Source of the DNA: Deltaproteobacteria bacterium
Lineage (GTDB): Bacteria; SAR324; NAC60-12
Assembly (NCBI GenBank): GCA_002726945.1
Contig: PBTB01000073.1
Span: 1 to 41,612 of the forward strand
Direction of reading: 5' to 3'
DNA length: 41,612 bases
Positions 17,433 through 27,758 of this stretch are shown here, one piece after another. The notes under the pieces are model-generated. The model was not told the DNA's origin, searched no databases, and saw only the letters and a program-made list of their open reading frames with translations. The position numbers and the translations under genes are program-made. The number at the start of each line of letters is the position of its first letter. Position 1 is the first letter of the stretch.

Positions 17433-18620
17433 ATGTCTATCGCCAAGGGAATCCAGGAATCCATCCTGCGTGCTTCGTGGGTCCGGGAGATGTTTGAGGA
17501 GGGGGCACGGCTGAGGGCGTTGCACGGTGCGGAGAAGGTCCACGATTTCTCGCTCGGCAACCCGATCCTGGAGCCCCCCCCGGAGTTTCGACAAGCGTTG
17601 CGGACTCTGCTTGAAAACCCAGAGCCGGGCCTGCACCGCTACATGCACAATGCCGGGTTTCCGGAAACACGGGAGTATGTCGCCGCACAAATGCAGGACG
17701 AAACCGAACTCGCGTTTGAGGCGAATGACGTGGTCATGTGTATTGGTGCAGGCGGCGGATTGAACGTGGTTCTCAAGGCACTGCTCGATCCGGGAGATGA
17801 AGTGATCGCACTGGCGCCGTTCTTCGTCGAGTACAGCTTCTACACGCAAAATCACGGAGGTGTGTTCACATCGGTGCCAACAACTCCGGAGTTTCAGCCC
17901 GATCTTGAGGCGCTTGGTGCCGCGATCAGTGCAAAAACGAAGGTGGTGATCGTTAACTCTCCGAACAACCCGACGGGCGTGGTTTATCCACAGGAAACGC
18001 TGGATCGTCTCGGGGAGTTGCTGGTACGCAAGGAAAAGGAAGCCGGGCATCCGATCTTTCTCATTTCGGATGACATCTACCGCCACCTCGTCTATGACGG
18101 AATCCGCAACAGCAACGTCTTCCTCAGCCACTGCAATGCACTGCTCGTCAACTCCCACTCAAAGGATTTGGGACTTCCAGGCGAGCGTATCGGCTACATT
18201 GCAGTGCATCCGGAAATGGAGGATCGCTCGGAAGTGCAGGATGGGCTGGTGCTGTGCAACCGCATCCTTGGTTTCGTCAATGCCCCGGCCTTGATGCAGA
18301 AGGTGCTGCCGAAACTCGGTGGTGTGCGGGTAGATGTCTCGACTTACGAAAACCTTCGCAACCGCTTCCTCGCGCTTTTGGAGGATTGCGGCTTTGAGAC
18401 GGTGCGGCCTCAAGGGGCGTTCTACCTCTTTCCAAAAGCTCCGGAACCGGATGATGTTGCGTTCGTGCGGCGGGCGCAAGGGGAGAACGTGCTGCTTGTC
18501 CCGGGAACCGGATTCGGGAGGCCCGGCTACTTCCGCATCTCGTTCTGCTGCACCGCCGAGGCGATTGACCGCGCCCGTCCCGCGTTTGAACGATTGGCTC
18601 AGCACTACGGATTGCGCTGA
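17433..18620 (+). CDS. Pyridoxal-phosphate-dependent aminotransferase, class I (aspartate aminotransferase-like)
   Basis: SLGNPILEPP, VNSPNNPTG, NSHSKDLGLPGERIGY (PLP-lysine motif), FRISF. Confidence 0.9.
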   Translation: MSIAKGIQESILRASWVREMFEEGARLRALHGAEKVHDFSLGNPILEPPPEFRQALRTLLENPEPGLHRYMHNAGFPETREYVAAQMQDETELAFEANDVVMCIGAGGGLNVVLKALLDPGDEVIALAPFFVEYSFYTQNHGGVFTSVPTTPEFQPDLEALGAAISAKTKVVIVNSPNNPTGVVYPQETLDRLGELLVRKEKEAGHPIFLISDDIYRHLVYDGIRNSNVFLSHCNALLVNSHSKDLGLPGERIGYIAVHPEMEDRSEVQDGLVLCNRILGFVNAPALMQKVLPKLGGVRVDVSTYENLRNRFLALLEDCGFETVRPQGAFYLFPKAPEPDDVAFVRRAQGENVLLVPGTGFGRPGYFRISFCCTAEAIDRARPAFERLAQHYGLR

Positions 18621-19609
18621 TGCCCTTCTCCGAAATCCTTGGACAGGGTCTCGCCCTCAAGGCGTTGCACCACGCCCAGCAGAGCGGGCGTTTACCCCAC
18701 GCCTGGTTGTTCACGGGACCGCCTCATGTGGGAAAATCCAAGACGGCGAAGGCGCTGGCGCAGTGGCTCAACTGCGAATGCGGAAATGGGGAAGATGCCT
18801 GCGGGCAGTGCCCGACGTGTTGGCAGATCGCCGAGCACAACTATCCGGATTGCATGGTGCTGGAGCCGGACGGCAAGAACATCCGTATTGCGCAGGTACA
18901 TCAGGCACTGCGCTGGTTGCAACTGCGGGCGGATCGCGCCAAAGTGCGGGTGTTGACTGTGGACGGGGCGCAGCATTTCAACCGGGCATCCGCGAATGCT
19001 TTTCTGAAAACGCTGGAGGAACCACCTCCGAGAACGCTGATTGTGTTGATTGCAGAAGCACCCGCGCAGTTGCTTGAAACACTGGTTTCGCGCTGTCAGT
19101 TGATGCGCTTCCGTCCACTTGCGGACGAACAGGTGCGCACGATTCTTGCGCAGAACCCGAAACTCAGCGAGGCGCAGGTCGAAACCGTCCTGCCTTGGGC
19201 GCTGGGCAGTGTGCCTGCCGGATTGATCGACGAGTTGGAAACACTGGAATCGGTGCAGCAACAAACGGTACACTGGTTGACCACCCACTCGGCCCCGGAG
19301 GCGCTGGAGGAAATTCTATGCGAGATGGGGAATTGGGGCGGAGCGAAGAGCGAGGCATGGCGTCTGATGCTGGATTTTCTGGAGCGTTGGTTCCGGGATG
19401 TCTCGTGGCTGCAACACGGTCTGCCTGAAACCCAACTGCTCTGTCCAGAATTCCGGGACTCCCTCGACGAAGGAGTGCAGCGTTTCTCGAAACGCTGGGT
19501 GCTGGAACTCCCGGAACGCCTGACACGTCTGCGCGAGTCCATCGAGTTGAATGCAAACAAACCTCTTGCCCTGGAGACGCTGTGGCTGCATTTGTTGAAA
19601 ACGGCCTGA
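18620..19609 (+). CDS. holB: DNA polymerase III subunit delta-prime
   Basis: RLPHAWLFTGPPHVGKSKTAKALAQWLNC, zinc-module-like CGQCPTCWQI, SANAFLKTLEEPP. ATG overlaps the upstream stop. Confidence 0.9.
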   Translation: MPFSEILGQGLALKALHHAQQSGRLPHAWLFTGPPHVGKSKTAKALAQWLNCECGNGEDACGQCPTCWQIAEHNYPDCMVLEPDGKNIRIAQVHQALRWLQLRADRAKVRVLTVDGAQHFNRASANAFLKTLEEPPPRTLIVLIAEAPAQLLETLVSRCQLMRFRPLADEQVRTILAQNPKLSEAQVETVLPWALGSVPAGLIDELETLESVQQQTVHWLTTHSAPEALEEILCEMGNWGGAKSEAWRLMLDFLERWFRDVSWLQHGLPETQLLCPEFRDSLDEGVQRFSKRWVLELPERLTRLRESIELNANKPLALETLWLHLLKTA

Positions 19610-19707
19610 GAGCTCCCCCCTCAATCCCCCCTTTGGCAAAGGGGGGAAGGCAAAGCCGTGGGGATTTCTACTTTTGGAAAAAAGCTGGAGGGCGGCATTC
19701 AAAACGT

Positions 19708-20169
19708 TTGCTGCCGGCAGTTGCGCTGGGGTTGCTGCTGCTGATCCAACCCACCTTTGAAACCGTAGCCCGGACTCCGACTCCTGCAGAGTTGAACTAC
19801 CTCTCGGAGCAGGCCAAAAGTGCGTTTGTCGAGTTCCTGCAACTCTGGCAGGAAGAGCGTTATTTCGAGATGTACGAACACGGCAAGCGGCAGTCCCGTG
19901 CGCAGCTCACGATGGAGGAGTACGCCACGCGCATGGTGGAACTCGACTGGGTCCCGGTTGGGCTTGAGCCGAAAATTCCAGTGGAGATTGACTACCAGTT
20001 CCGCACGATGCTCTATGTCAACGTGACGGTTCTCTTCCAGCACAAGAACTACTACGATTTGCGCTTTCCCCGCAAACAGTCGTTCCTGCTGATCTGGGAG
20101 GACAACGGCTGGCGTCTTGACCTGCTGCAAATGATCCGCTCTCCCTACTACGCTCCGATCCAGCATTGA
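19708..20169 (+). CDS. Hypothetical secreted protein
   Basis: ORF track 19582..20169. Putative TTG start at 19708 gives the signal-like LPAVALGLLLLIQPTFE. No recognisable domain. Start uncertain. Confidence 0.5.
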   Translation: MLPAVALGLLLLIQPTFETVARTPTPAELNYLSEQAKSAFVEFLQLWQEERYFEMYEHGKRQSRAQLTMEEYATRMVELDWVPVGLEPKIPVEIDYQFRTMLYVNVTVLFQHKNYYDLRFPRKQSFLLIWEDNGWRLDLLQMIRSPYYAPIQH

Positions 20170-20197
20170 ACCTCGGTGCATCGGCACAGCAGGACGC

Positions 20198-22399
20198 ATG
20201 CCCCACGACCAAGTCACCCTCACCGGAACCCTCCAGCGCATCGTCTATTCTCAGCCGGAGTCCGGCTTCTTGATTGGTCGCTTCTTGGTGGATGACACCG
20301 AGACAGCGATCACGGTCAAGGGCACGGTTTTCAACGTTGGAGATCACGAAACCCTGAAACTCAAGGGCCGCTGGCACGAGCACCCCACCTACGGGCCGCA
20401 GTTCGAGATTTCCGAATTCATGCCCGTCCGGCCCACCTCACTCGACGGCATGAAGCGCTACCTCGCCTCCGGAGCTTTCAAGAACATTGGCGAGGCTACG
20501 GCGCAGAAGATTGTCGCAAGATTCGGAGAGGACACCTTTGAGACCATTGACCGCAACCCGCAGGCTCTCCTGCGCAGCAAAGTCCTCAACCGCAAGCAGT
20601 TCAAGAGCCTGACGGCTAGTTGGGGCGAGCAGCGTGAACTGCGCGAGGTGATGAGCTTTCTGCACGGGCTCGGCATTTCCGCAAGTTACGCGAAGAAGAT
20701 TCACGATGAGTACGGGCTCAGTAGCATCGCCACGATTCAGGACAACCCCTATCGGCTCACCGAGGTTGCGGGCATCGGCTTTCTCACCGCAGACGGCATC
20801 GCCCGCCGCTTGGGCTTTGACGAAAACTCTCCGGAACGCGCTGCGGCAGGTTTGCTCTACATGCTCGATCAACAGGCGCTCAACGGACACACCTGCTATC
20901 CGGAACCGGAACTCTCCGGGCAAACCTCCTCCGAGTTGCGTATCCATCCGGACGTGATCGCCGGGGCACTCCAGCAACTGCGGCGGGATCGCTTGGTCAA
21001 GGCTATGGAACCGGAGGAGGGAAACCAGCAGCCGACCTTGATTGCGCGCCCAAGGTTCTACTACGCCGAGCAGCGTATTGCAGAGAACTTCACGCGTATC
21101 CTCAACACCAAAGGTTTCACGGATTTTCCGGACCCCGCCCCGTTGATTGCAGAACAGGAGCAGCGGCAGAAACTCCGGCTCGATCCCATACAACGCGAGG
21201 CGGTAGAAGCGGCGTTGCAGCACAAGGTGTTGATCATCACAGGAGGCCCGGGAACTGGAAAGACGACGATCATCCGCTTCATCCTCATGCTGCTGCGCCC
21301 GCACATTCCTGCAATTGCACTCGCGGCACCCACCGGACGTGCTGCCAAGCGACTTGCGGAAGCCACCGGGGCCGGAGCCTCCACGATCCATCGGCTGCTG
21401 GAGGCGAACAACTTCGGCTTCCAGCGCAACCGTGACGAACCACTGGAGCAAGAACTGCTCGTGTTGGACGAGTCCTCCATGATCGACACCCTGCTCATGG
21501 ACTCACTGCTGGATGCGATTCCGTCGCAGTCCCGGCTGGTGCTGGTGGGCGACGTGGATCAGCTTCCTTCGGTCGGGGCCGGGGCTATTCTGCTCAACTG
21601 CATCGAATGCGGACAGGTTCCGGTGGTGCGACTCGAACACATCTACCGACAGGGTGAAGGCAGCCGCATCACGCTCAATGCCCACGCCGTGCGGCAGGGA
21701 CAGCTTCCGGAACTGGAGCGCGTGGATGCCTCCGGGCCTCTCCGCGATTTCTACTTCATCCGCGAGCCGGAACCGGAGCAGGTGGTCGAGAAAATCCTGA
21801 CGCTCGCCACCAAACGCATCCCGGAGCGCTTCGGCATGGATCCGCTGTTTGACATCCAAGTGATCACGCCGATGCACCGGGGCGTGACAGGCACGGTCAA
21901 TCTCAACACCCGGCTACAAGCGGTGTTGAATCCAGAGGGCAAGGGGCTGGAGTATCGGGAGCGAGAATTCTGGATTCGCGACAAAGTGATGCAGCAGCAG
22001 AACAATTACGACAAGCAGGTCTTCAACGGCGACATGGGCGTGATTGTCGGCTGTGATCCGGTTTCCAAAAACCTGCATGTGCAATTCGATCAGGAGGTGG
22101 TCCAGTACGAAGGGAAGGAATTGGAGCAGCTTGCACTCGCCTACGCGATTTCGGTCCACAAGTCACAGGGCAGTGAATACCCGGCGGTGGTGATGCCGTT
22201 GACAACGCACCACTACGTCATGCTCCAACGCAACCTGCTCTACACCGCGCTCACACGAGGCAAGCAACTCGTGATTCTCGTTGGCACCGAACAGGCGGTG
22301 AAGCAGGCGGTTCGCAACGACCAGACGCTCACGCGCTACACGCTGCTGCCCCACGAATTTTCGCAAGCGACCACCCTGAAACTCGCTCTGGAAAACTGA
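20198..22399 (+). CDS. recD2: RecD2-like ATP-dependent SF1 DNA helicase (RecD/TraA family)
   Basis: N-terminal OB/HhH region. Walker A ITGGPGTGKTT. LVLDESSMID. VLVGDVDQLPSVG. C-terminal AISVHKSQGSEYPAVV. Confidence 0.9.
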   Translation: MPHDQVTLTGTLQRIVYSQPESGFLIGRFLVDDTETAITVKGTVFNVGDHETLKLKGRWHEHPTYGPQFEISEFMPVRPTSLDGMKRYLASGAFKNIGEATAQKIVARFGEDTFETIDRNPQALLRSKVLNRKQFKSLTASWGEQRELREVMSFLHGLGISASYAKKIHDEYGLSSIATIQDNPYRLTEVAGIGFLTADGIARRLGFDENSPERAAAGLLYMLDQQALNGHTCYPEPELSGQTSSELRIHPDVIAGALQQLRRDRLVKAMEPEEGNQQPTLIARPRFYYAEQRIAENFTRILNTKGFTDFPDPAPLIAEQEQRQKLRLDPIQREAVEAALQHKVLIITGGPGTGKTTIIRFILMLLRPHIPAIALAAPTGRAAKRLAEATGAGASTIHRLLEANNFGFQRNRDEPLEQELLVLDESSMIDTLLMDSLLDAIPSQSRLVLVGDVDQLPSVGAGAILLNCIECGQVPVVRLEHIYRQGEGSRITLNAHAVRQGQLPELERVDASGPLRDFYFIREPEPEQVVEKILTLATKRIPERFGMDPLFDIQVITPMHRGVTGTVNLNTRLQAVLNPEGKGLEYREREFWIRDKVMQQQNNYDKQVFNGDMGVIVGCDPVSKNLHVQFDQEVVQYEGKELEQLALAYAISVHKSQGSEYPAVVMPLTTHHYVMLQRNLLYTALTRGKQLVILVGTEQAVKQAVRNDQTLTRYTLLPHEFSQATTLKLALEN

Positions 22400-23628
22400 T
22401 GTCCCAAACTGTCGTGGGGCTGCCCCCCCGTGCTGCCAACCGTCCTGTCAGGACAAAAACCGCAGGCGCAGGCCATGCCCGCGATTTCATGAGTTGGATC
22501 GTGGGAGTGCTGTTTCTGTTTGGTTTGACGACCACTGCTTGGGCCGAACCCGGAATCGACGCAAGACGCGTGGTTTTGGGAAGCCATCAGCCCCTCACGG
22601 GTCCAGCGTCAGAATTCTCTGCAATCGGACACGCCGCACAGGCGTGGTTCCAATATGTCAATGATCTTGGTGGTATCCACGGCCGGCAGATTGAACTCCG
22701 GATTCGGGATGACCGCCTCCAGCCGGAACGAGCGGTTGAGGCAATCCGGACACTGGTGGTGCAGGATCAGGTGTTCGCGCTCTTTGCCAGCGTGGGCAAA
22801 CGCACCCATGCCGCCGCGCAGCCCGCATGGGCGAGTTTTCAGCTTCCGGATTTCTTCGTGCAGTCGAATGCTCCGGAATGGACCGATCCGGCGCGTCCGG
22901 GCGTGTTTGCCTTTGAGCCAACTCCGGAAGTCGAAGCACGGGTGCTGGGGCAGTATCTCCTCCGGAAACACGGTGGGGAGCGCATCGTGGTCTGGCACGC
23001 CTCGAAGTTCCGGGAAGCCGCGTTTATGCTGCTGAGGCATGGCTTCACCCCACAAGTCCAGCGCAAGGAAAGCGACACCTCACCGGAGGCGTTGCAGGGA
23101 ATCGTCAAGAGTCTGAAACAGGCTCGCCCCCAAGTGGTGGTGGCGCTTGCCGAGTACGGGGATTTGCTGCGTTTTCTTCAGGTGTTTGATGCCGAAGGGG
23201 GAACCGCGCTGGTGTACACGGGCACGGCTTTGGCGGATTCTGAAACCCCCAGGCTGCTCAGTCTGGCGATGCTGAAGCAGTTGCGTTTGTTGACCGCGTT
23301 GCCCCTCGCGCTGGAGCAGGATCATCCAGGGATTCAGCTGCATCGCAAGCTGCTGGAAGTCTATGCGCCGGACTTGGTGATGAGCCGCTGGACGATTCAG
23401 GGGCAAGCGGCGGCGGAACTGATGACCGCTGTGCTGGAGCGCTCAGGACGCGACCTCTCCGCCAGCACTGCCCTGCGCTCTGCCGAACGGCTGGATCTCC
23501 CGAAAAGCCATTTACTGCCCCCGGTCGCACTGGATTCGCAACAACATCGCGCCTTGACGAGCTTGCGGGTGATCCAACTGCATCCGGATCGGGTGGACTC
23601 CCTCTCCGATTGGATTGACGGTCGATGA
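22399..23628 (+). CDS. Periplasmic binding protein, type 1 (LivK-like branched-chain amino acid binding)
   Basis: VVLGSHQPLTGPASEFSAIGHAAQAWFQYVNDLGGIHGRQIELRIRDD. The alternative start at 22489 (MSWIVGVLFLFGLTTTAWA) gives a cleaner signal peptide. Confidence 0.8.
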   Translation: MSQTVVGLPPRAANRPVRTKTAGAGHARDFMSWIVGVLFLFGLTTTAWAEPGIDARRVVLGSHQPLTGPASEFSAIGHAAQAWFQYVNDLGGIHGRQIELRIRDDRLQPERAVEAIRTLVVQDQVFALFASVGKRTHAAAQPAWASFQLPDFFVQSNAPEWTDPARPGVFAFEPTPEVEARVLGQYLLRKHGGERIVVWHASKFREAAFMLLRHGFTPQVQRKESDTSPEALQGIVKSLKQARPQVVVALAEYGDLLRFLQVFDAEGGTALVYTGTALADSETPRLLSLAMLKQLRLLTALPLALEQDHPGIQLHRKLLEVYAPDLVMSRWTIQGQAAAELMTAVLERSGRDLSASTALRSAERLDLPKSHLLPPVALDSQQHRALTSLRVIQLHPDRVDSLSDWIDGR

Positions 23629-24326
23629 CTCCGTGCATTCCGTTTCCCTTCACTCCGGAAGACGAGGCGAGGGTGGTCCAGTGTCTCCGGGAGGATAGGC
23701 TGCTCGCTTTTCCAACGGAAACCGTCTATGGCCTTGGAGGCAACGCGCTCTCCGAAACCGTGGTGCAGCGAGTTTTCGCTGCAAAGGGGAGAGCGGCAGA
23801 AAAGGCGCTGCCCGTGTTGGCGACTCCGGAACAAGTCCGGGAACTGGCGGTTTGGAACGATGCCCGTGTTGATGCACTGATGGAGAAATTCTGGCCGGGG
23901 CCGTTGACACTCGTGCTACCCGCGCATCCTGAACTTCCGGAGTTTTTGCGGGGGCCAAACGACACGATTGCGGTGCGCCACTCTCCGGCTCCAGCGGTGC
24001 AGGCCTTGCTGGAACTTGGCGGAAAGCCGCTCATCGGCACCAGTGCAAACCGCAGTGGCCAACCCTCGTGCCGGAGTCCCAATGCCGTTGCTGGACAGCT
24101 TGGTGAGACGCTTGATTTGCTAGTGGACGGCGGTTTGGCATCGGAGACTCGGCCATCTACGCTTGTGCACTGGGATGGCGAATCCTTTGAGATTTTGCGG
24201 GAGGGCGTGTTATCTTCAGATGCTTTGGCTGCGTTTCTCTTGGTCGCGTTGGGCGGCCTACCGACGCAAGCGACCGATGCGGGTGTGCCACCCCGTGCTA
24301 TCCGAAAATCCGGAGACTCTCAATAA
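23625..24326 (+). CDS. tsaC: L-threonylcarbamoyladenylate synthase (TsaC/YrdC/Sua5 family)
   Basis: LAFPTETVYGLGGNA, KGRAAEKALPVL, WPGPLTLVL, TSANRSGQPS. Confidence 0.9.
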   Translation: MTPCIPFPFTPEDEARVVQCLREDRLLAFPTETVYGLGGNALSETVVQRVFAAKGRAAEKALPVLATPEQVRELAVWNDARVDALMEKFWPGPLTLVLPAHPELPEFLRGPNDTIAVRHSPAPAVQALLELGGKPLIGTSANRSGQPSCRSPNAVAGQLGETLDLLVDGGLASETRPSTLVHWDGESFEILREGVLSSDALAAFLLVALGGLPTQATDAGVPPRAIRKSGDSQ

Positions 24327-24543
24327 CTGGAGGATCACTGCTGTAGGTGTCAGTGGAGAGTGTGCACCAAGTCGTCGTGGCCCTCCTCTTCACTCAGCAA
24401 AGCCTTGATGGGAAACGGGATCATCTCCGTATTCCTGCTGGAAGGTTGTCAATTCAAAAGGATCATAATACACCAAAACAACACCGGATTCACCTATTTG
24501 CCGACATGGGCCAACATCGATTATCAGCGCAAGAGAAAGTGTG

Positions 24544-26247
24544 TTAGAGATTTGCGGATCCAACCTTGGAGTTACCGTTCCGCAAAATTTGTCCTGAGCG
24601 TTCTTCCGTGAGTTGATCATCCCTGAGGATAACCTGACCGTTGCAGACGGTCGCCTTGTATCCGGCTGCGTGCTGGATGAACCGCGGAGCCCCGAAAGGA
24701 AAGTCATGCACGATTTCCGGCATACGTTCTTCCAGCCGAGCCATATCAATGACATTGATATCGGCGCGCTTGCCAACCGCTAAAGTTCCTCGATCCTCAA
24801 GCCCCAAGACACTTGCCGGAACCGCACTTATCCGCCGAATCGCTTCCTGAATCGAATAGAGTCCGTTGTCCCTGTGCCAATGGGACAGGGTAAAGGTGGC
24901 CCAGCCTGAGTCAATCATCTGACTGACGTGGGCTCCGGCATCGCCAAGGCTGGGCATTGCCCAGTCTGTGGAGATTAAATCGGGTAGAGCCTCAAGGTCC
25001 ACATTAAAGAGCCGCATGTGAAACAGTGCTTTTCCATTGGTTTCATCGCTAATTCTCAGCCAGGTTTCCACCGGGTGCTCACCCGCTGCTTCGGCTAGAT
25101 CATACAAGCTCTCTGAGAGATTCTGTGTGTAGCAGGGCCGTTCTTCATCTCCCAGATAGAATGCGTTTTTCATCAAGGAGAGTTCCCTTTTCGAAAAAAC
25201 CATTAAATCCGCATCCTTAGCTTTTCCTTCTTCCACCAGTTTTTGACGAGTATCAGGGGTACGAATCGCCTGCATTCGTCCTTCAAGATCAAGTTCTTTT
25301 AACTTGCTCCATGCGGGTGATTTAAATGGGAAATTATTTGTTGAAATCCCGGTCAAAAAACCGCCACTGCGGGCAGGGGTGACTGAGGCGACGTTGAGGC
25401 CTTCGGCACGCATTTGCATCACGCGTTCGTTTGTGCGTTCCAGACCTAACTCCAGTGCAGAACTGAACAGCACCCCTCGTGCCATGCGGGCTTCATCGGC
25501 CAAGAGCTCCATTTCTGCATCGAAATCACTAAAATCTGAGACCGTTTGCATAATGCCTCCATGCACCCCGACTGCTTTTGCAATAGCCCGCAACTCATCA
25601 CGGTCGGCAAAGGTTCCGGGGATGGAACGACCATCAGGCAGTCGGTGTGCTGGAAACCGGTTGGTTGAAAAACCGATGGCACCTTCTTTGACGGACTGGC
25701 CCGCCAACTCGGCAATCTGTCGAATCTCTTCCTCCGTTGCAGGCTCCTCGACTGCACGCTCTCCCATGACGTAAAAGCGAATTGCACAATGCCCCACCAG
25801 CCCACAGATGTTGATTGAGGGTTTCAAGGTCTCAAGTGCATCAAGATAGCCCCCGTAGGACTCCCAGTTCCAGGGCAGTCCATGCAGAATTGCGTTTTTT
25901 GGGATATCCTCAACGGTTTCCATCATCCCTGCCAGGAATTCACGGTCTTTTGGCTTGCAAGGAGCAAAGGTGACCCCGCAGTTTCCAAGCAGGGCCGTGG
26001 TGACCCCGTGCCAACTCACCGAGGTGAGTTGAGGATCCCAGCCGATCTGCGCGTCAAGGTGGGTGTGCAAATCGATGAACCCTGGAGAGACGGTAAGGCC
26101 TTCAGCCCGTATTTCCTGTTTGCCCTTTCCATCGACTTTGCCGATCTCGACGATCTCGTCCCCGGCAATGGCGACATCTGCCTGAAACGGGTCTGCTCCG
26201 GTGCCGTCCACAACGGTGCCGTCCCTGATAATGAGGTCATGGTTCAT
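24544..26247 (-). CDS. N-acyl-D-amino-acid deacylase (D-aminoacylase), amidohydrolase superfamily
   Basis: MNHDLIIRDGTVVDGTGADPF...IAGDEIVEIG...PGFIDLHTHLD and family-typical length (567 aa). Confidence 0.88.
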   Translation of the reverse strand: MNHDLIIRDGTVVDGTGADPFQADVAIAGDEIVEIGKVDGKGKQEIRAEGLTVSPGFIDLHTHLDAQIGWDPQLTSVSWHGVTTALLGNCGVTFAPCKPKDREFLAGMMETVEDIPKNAILHGLPWNWESYGGYLDALETLKPSINICGLVGHCAIRFYVMGERAVEEPATEEEIRQIAELAGQSVKEGAIGFSTNRFPAHRLPDGRSIPGTFADRDELRAIAKAVGVHGGIMQTVSDFSDFDAEMELLADEARMARGVLFSSALELGLERTNERVMQMRAEGLNVASVTPARSGGFLTGISTNNFPFKSPAWSKLKELDLEGRMQAIRTPDTRQKLVEEGKAKDADLMVFSKRELSLMKNAFYLGDEERPCYTQNLSESLYDLAEAAGEHPVETWLRISDETNGKALFHMRLFNVDLEALPDLISTDWAMPSLGDAGAHVSQMIDSGWATFTLSHWHRDNGLYSIQEAIRRISAVPASVLGLEDRGTLAVGKRADINVIDMARLEERMPEIVHDFPFGAPRFIQHAAGYKATVCNGQVILRDDQLTEERSGQILRNGNSKVGSANL

Positions 26248-26390
26248 GGTGTGTCTTCAGTGATTATGTTTGGTGGTGTCCGAATCAAAACAGTGTCCAT
26301 TGTAGTGGCATGTATTGTATAAAACAATGTAATTCCCAATTCCTGAATGTCCAGGACTTACGAAAATTTTTTCTAAAGCACTGATATTAT

Positions 26391-26550
26391 GATAGTCGCC
26401 CTCTGGAGTGTTGTTCCTCTGAAAAATCGGGAACAATAACTGGAAACCGGGGGACACGCACCGGAAAACGCCGTCTCTTTGCAAAATCCCAACACTTGAC
26501 AGGGTGACCCCTGCTGAGGACAGGCGTCAACACTCCAGAGGGGGGCTGTC
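26391..26550 (+). mobile_element. MITE-like 160-bp repeat with about 24-bp terminal inverted repeats, copy A
   Basis: Left end GATAGTCGCCCTCTGGAGTGTTG. Right end CAACACTCCAGAGGGGGGCTGTC. The core differs from copy B at roughly 12 positions over about 120 bp (hand alignment). Confidence 0.75.
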
Positions 26551-26621
26551 CAGTTCTCAAACCCGAGTGCAACCCCGAACATTGCTAAAAACTCTCAAGT
26601 TCTTCACAGGGACGATATTTT

Positions 26622-27392
26622 CTAATCAACGCTAACCCCCTCCGCCGTCAGTACGGGTTTTCCCAAATACTGAACCAACTCCTGAAACGCTCCCAGAATT
26701 TCCGAATCTGACTCGGGATAGCGTAACCGCAGGCTAACCTGTCCCCAATGAGTTCCTGAGTGGGCGTAGATACCCAGACGTGCTTGCGGATAGTTTTCGT
26801 CAAACTGCCTCACGGCACCAGCAAGGTCGCCTTCCCGTGCCTCCAAGCGGACTTCGGCTCGTTTTGTTGGAATGGCGGCTTGCACTCTCCCAAACAGTGG
26901 CAGAATTTGTGGAACCATCGCTTTGAGCATCTTTGGAAATCCGGGAAACGCGAAAATGCCGGAGTGGTGGAACCCGGGGGCGCCATGGGGGTTCTTCAGC
27001 AATTCGCAGCCTTCCGGGAGCATCGTCATGTTCTGCCGACTCTCATTGAATTCTCCACCGTAACGTTCGGCCAGTAGCGCCCAGCAGTCCGGATGTGTGA
27101 CCACCTGCACTCCCAGCGCCGCAGCAATGCCTTCACGGGTGCAGTCGTCATGTGTGCCGCCGATGCCTCCGGAAACGCAGATCGGAAAGTGACTGGATCC
27201 CTTGAGTTGCTGAAGCCAGTGGGCGATCACCGCAATGTCATCCGGCAGGCTGAGTGCGACGTTGGCCGGGTGCCCCTGATCATGGAGCCAGTTGGTCAGC
27301 CATTGAGCGTTTTCATTACCCCGCTCTCCCAACACCAACTCATCCCCCACTGTTACCACCGCGGCACCAGCCTGATCCTCTTTTTTTGACAT
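26622..27392 (-). CDS. CinA-like MoCF-biosynthesis (molybdopterin-binding) domain protein, COG1058-like, without PncC deamidase domain
   Basis: VVTVGDELVLGERGNENAQWL...ICVSGGIGGTHDDCTREGIAAALG. True ATG at 27390-27392. The 51-codon upstream extension in ORF 26622..27545 reads through repeat copy B. Confidence 0.8.
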   Translation of the reverse strand: MSKKEDQAGAAVVTVGDELVLGERGNENAQWLTNWLHDQGHPANVALSLPDDIAVIAHWLQQLKGSSHFPICVSGGIGGTHDDCTREGIAAALGVQVVTHPDCWALLAERYGGEFNESRQNMTMLPEGCELLKNPHGAPGFHHSGIFAFPGFPKMLKAMVPQILPLFGRVQAAIPTKRAEVRLEAREGDLAGAVRQFDENYPQARLGIYAHSGTHWGQVSLRLRYPESDSEILGAFQELVQYLGKPVLTAEGVSVD

Positions 27393-27403
27393 GTTCAATT
27401 GCT

Positions 27404-27563
27404 GGTCGTCTCCCCCTCGAGGGTTGTTCCTCTGAAAATCGGGACCAATAACTGTAAACCGGGGGGAACGTACCGGAAAACACCGTCTCTTTGCAAAATC
27501 CCAACACTTGACAGGGTGAATCTTGCTGAGGACAGGCACCAACACTCAAGAGGGGGGGCTATC
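27404..27563 (+). mobile_element. MITE-like 160-bp repeat, copy B
   Basis: GGTCGTCTCCCCCTCGAGGGTTG ... CAACACTCAAGAGGGGGGGCTATC. Begins only 12 bp from the cinA-like start codon. Confidence 0.75.
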
Positions 27564-27758
27564 CAGATATTAAATATCTCTAATTTCACCGAGAGTCAAG
27601 CCCGATTGCACCATCCTTGGCGACTCCCTCCAACTGGAACCTCCGACCCTGCCGATTTCCCCGTTGACTTGCTCAAATCAAGGTGATACTCCTAAAGCCA
27701 AAGTACCGGGAGAAGAATCCCCATTGTCCTCAGAAAATTCACTTGACACTCGAACGGG

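Noticed and set aside
19626-19646. CCCCCCTTTGGCAAAGGGGGG palindrome after holB as a terminator.
   Set aside because: The stem is strong but there is no T-tract on either strand. It may lie inside the next gene's 5' region, whose start is uncertain. Left unannotated.
24327-24543. Lower-GC spacer after tsaC and the D-aminoacylase gene. It contains a minus-strand frame ...GESGVVLVYYDPFELTTFQQEYGDDPVSHQGFAE.
   Set aside because: There is no in-frame start downstream of the aminoacylase stop, and no family resemblance I can name. Possibly a gene relic, but unsupported.
26373-26582. Short ORFs giving similar peptides (…HPVKCWDFAKRR.FPVR.PRF…) at 26387..26572, 26373..26582 and 27340..27549, plus the N-terminal 51 codons of ORF 26622..27545.
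   Set aside because: They are translations of the 160-bp repeat. Copies differ by 1-nt indels that change frame between copies (PDFSEEQHSRG versus PDFQRNNPRGG). Conservation is therefore at the DNA level, not the protein level.
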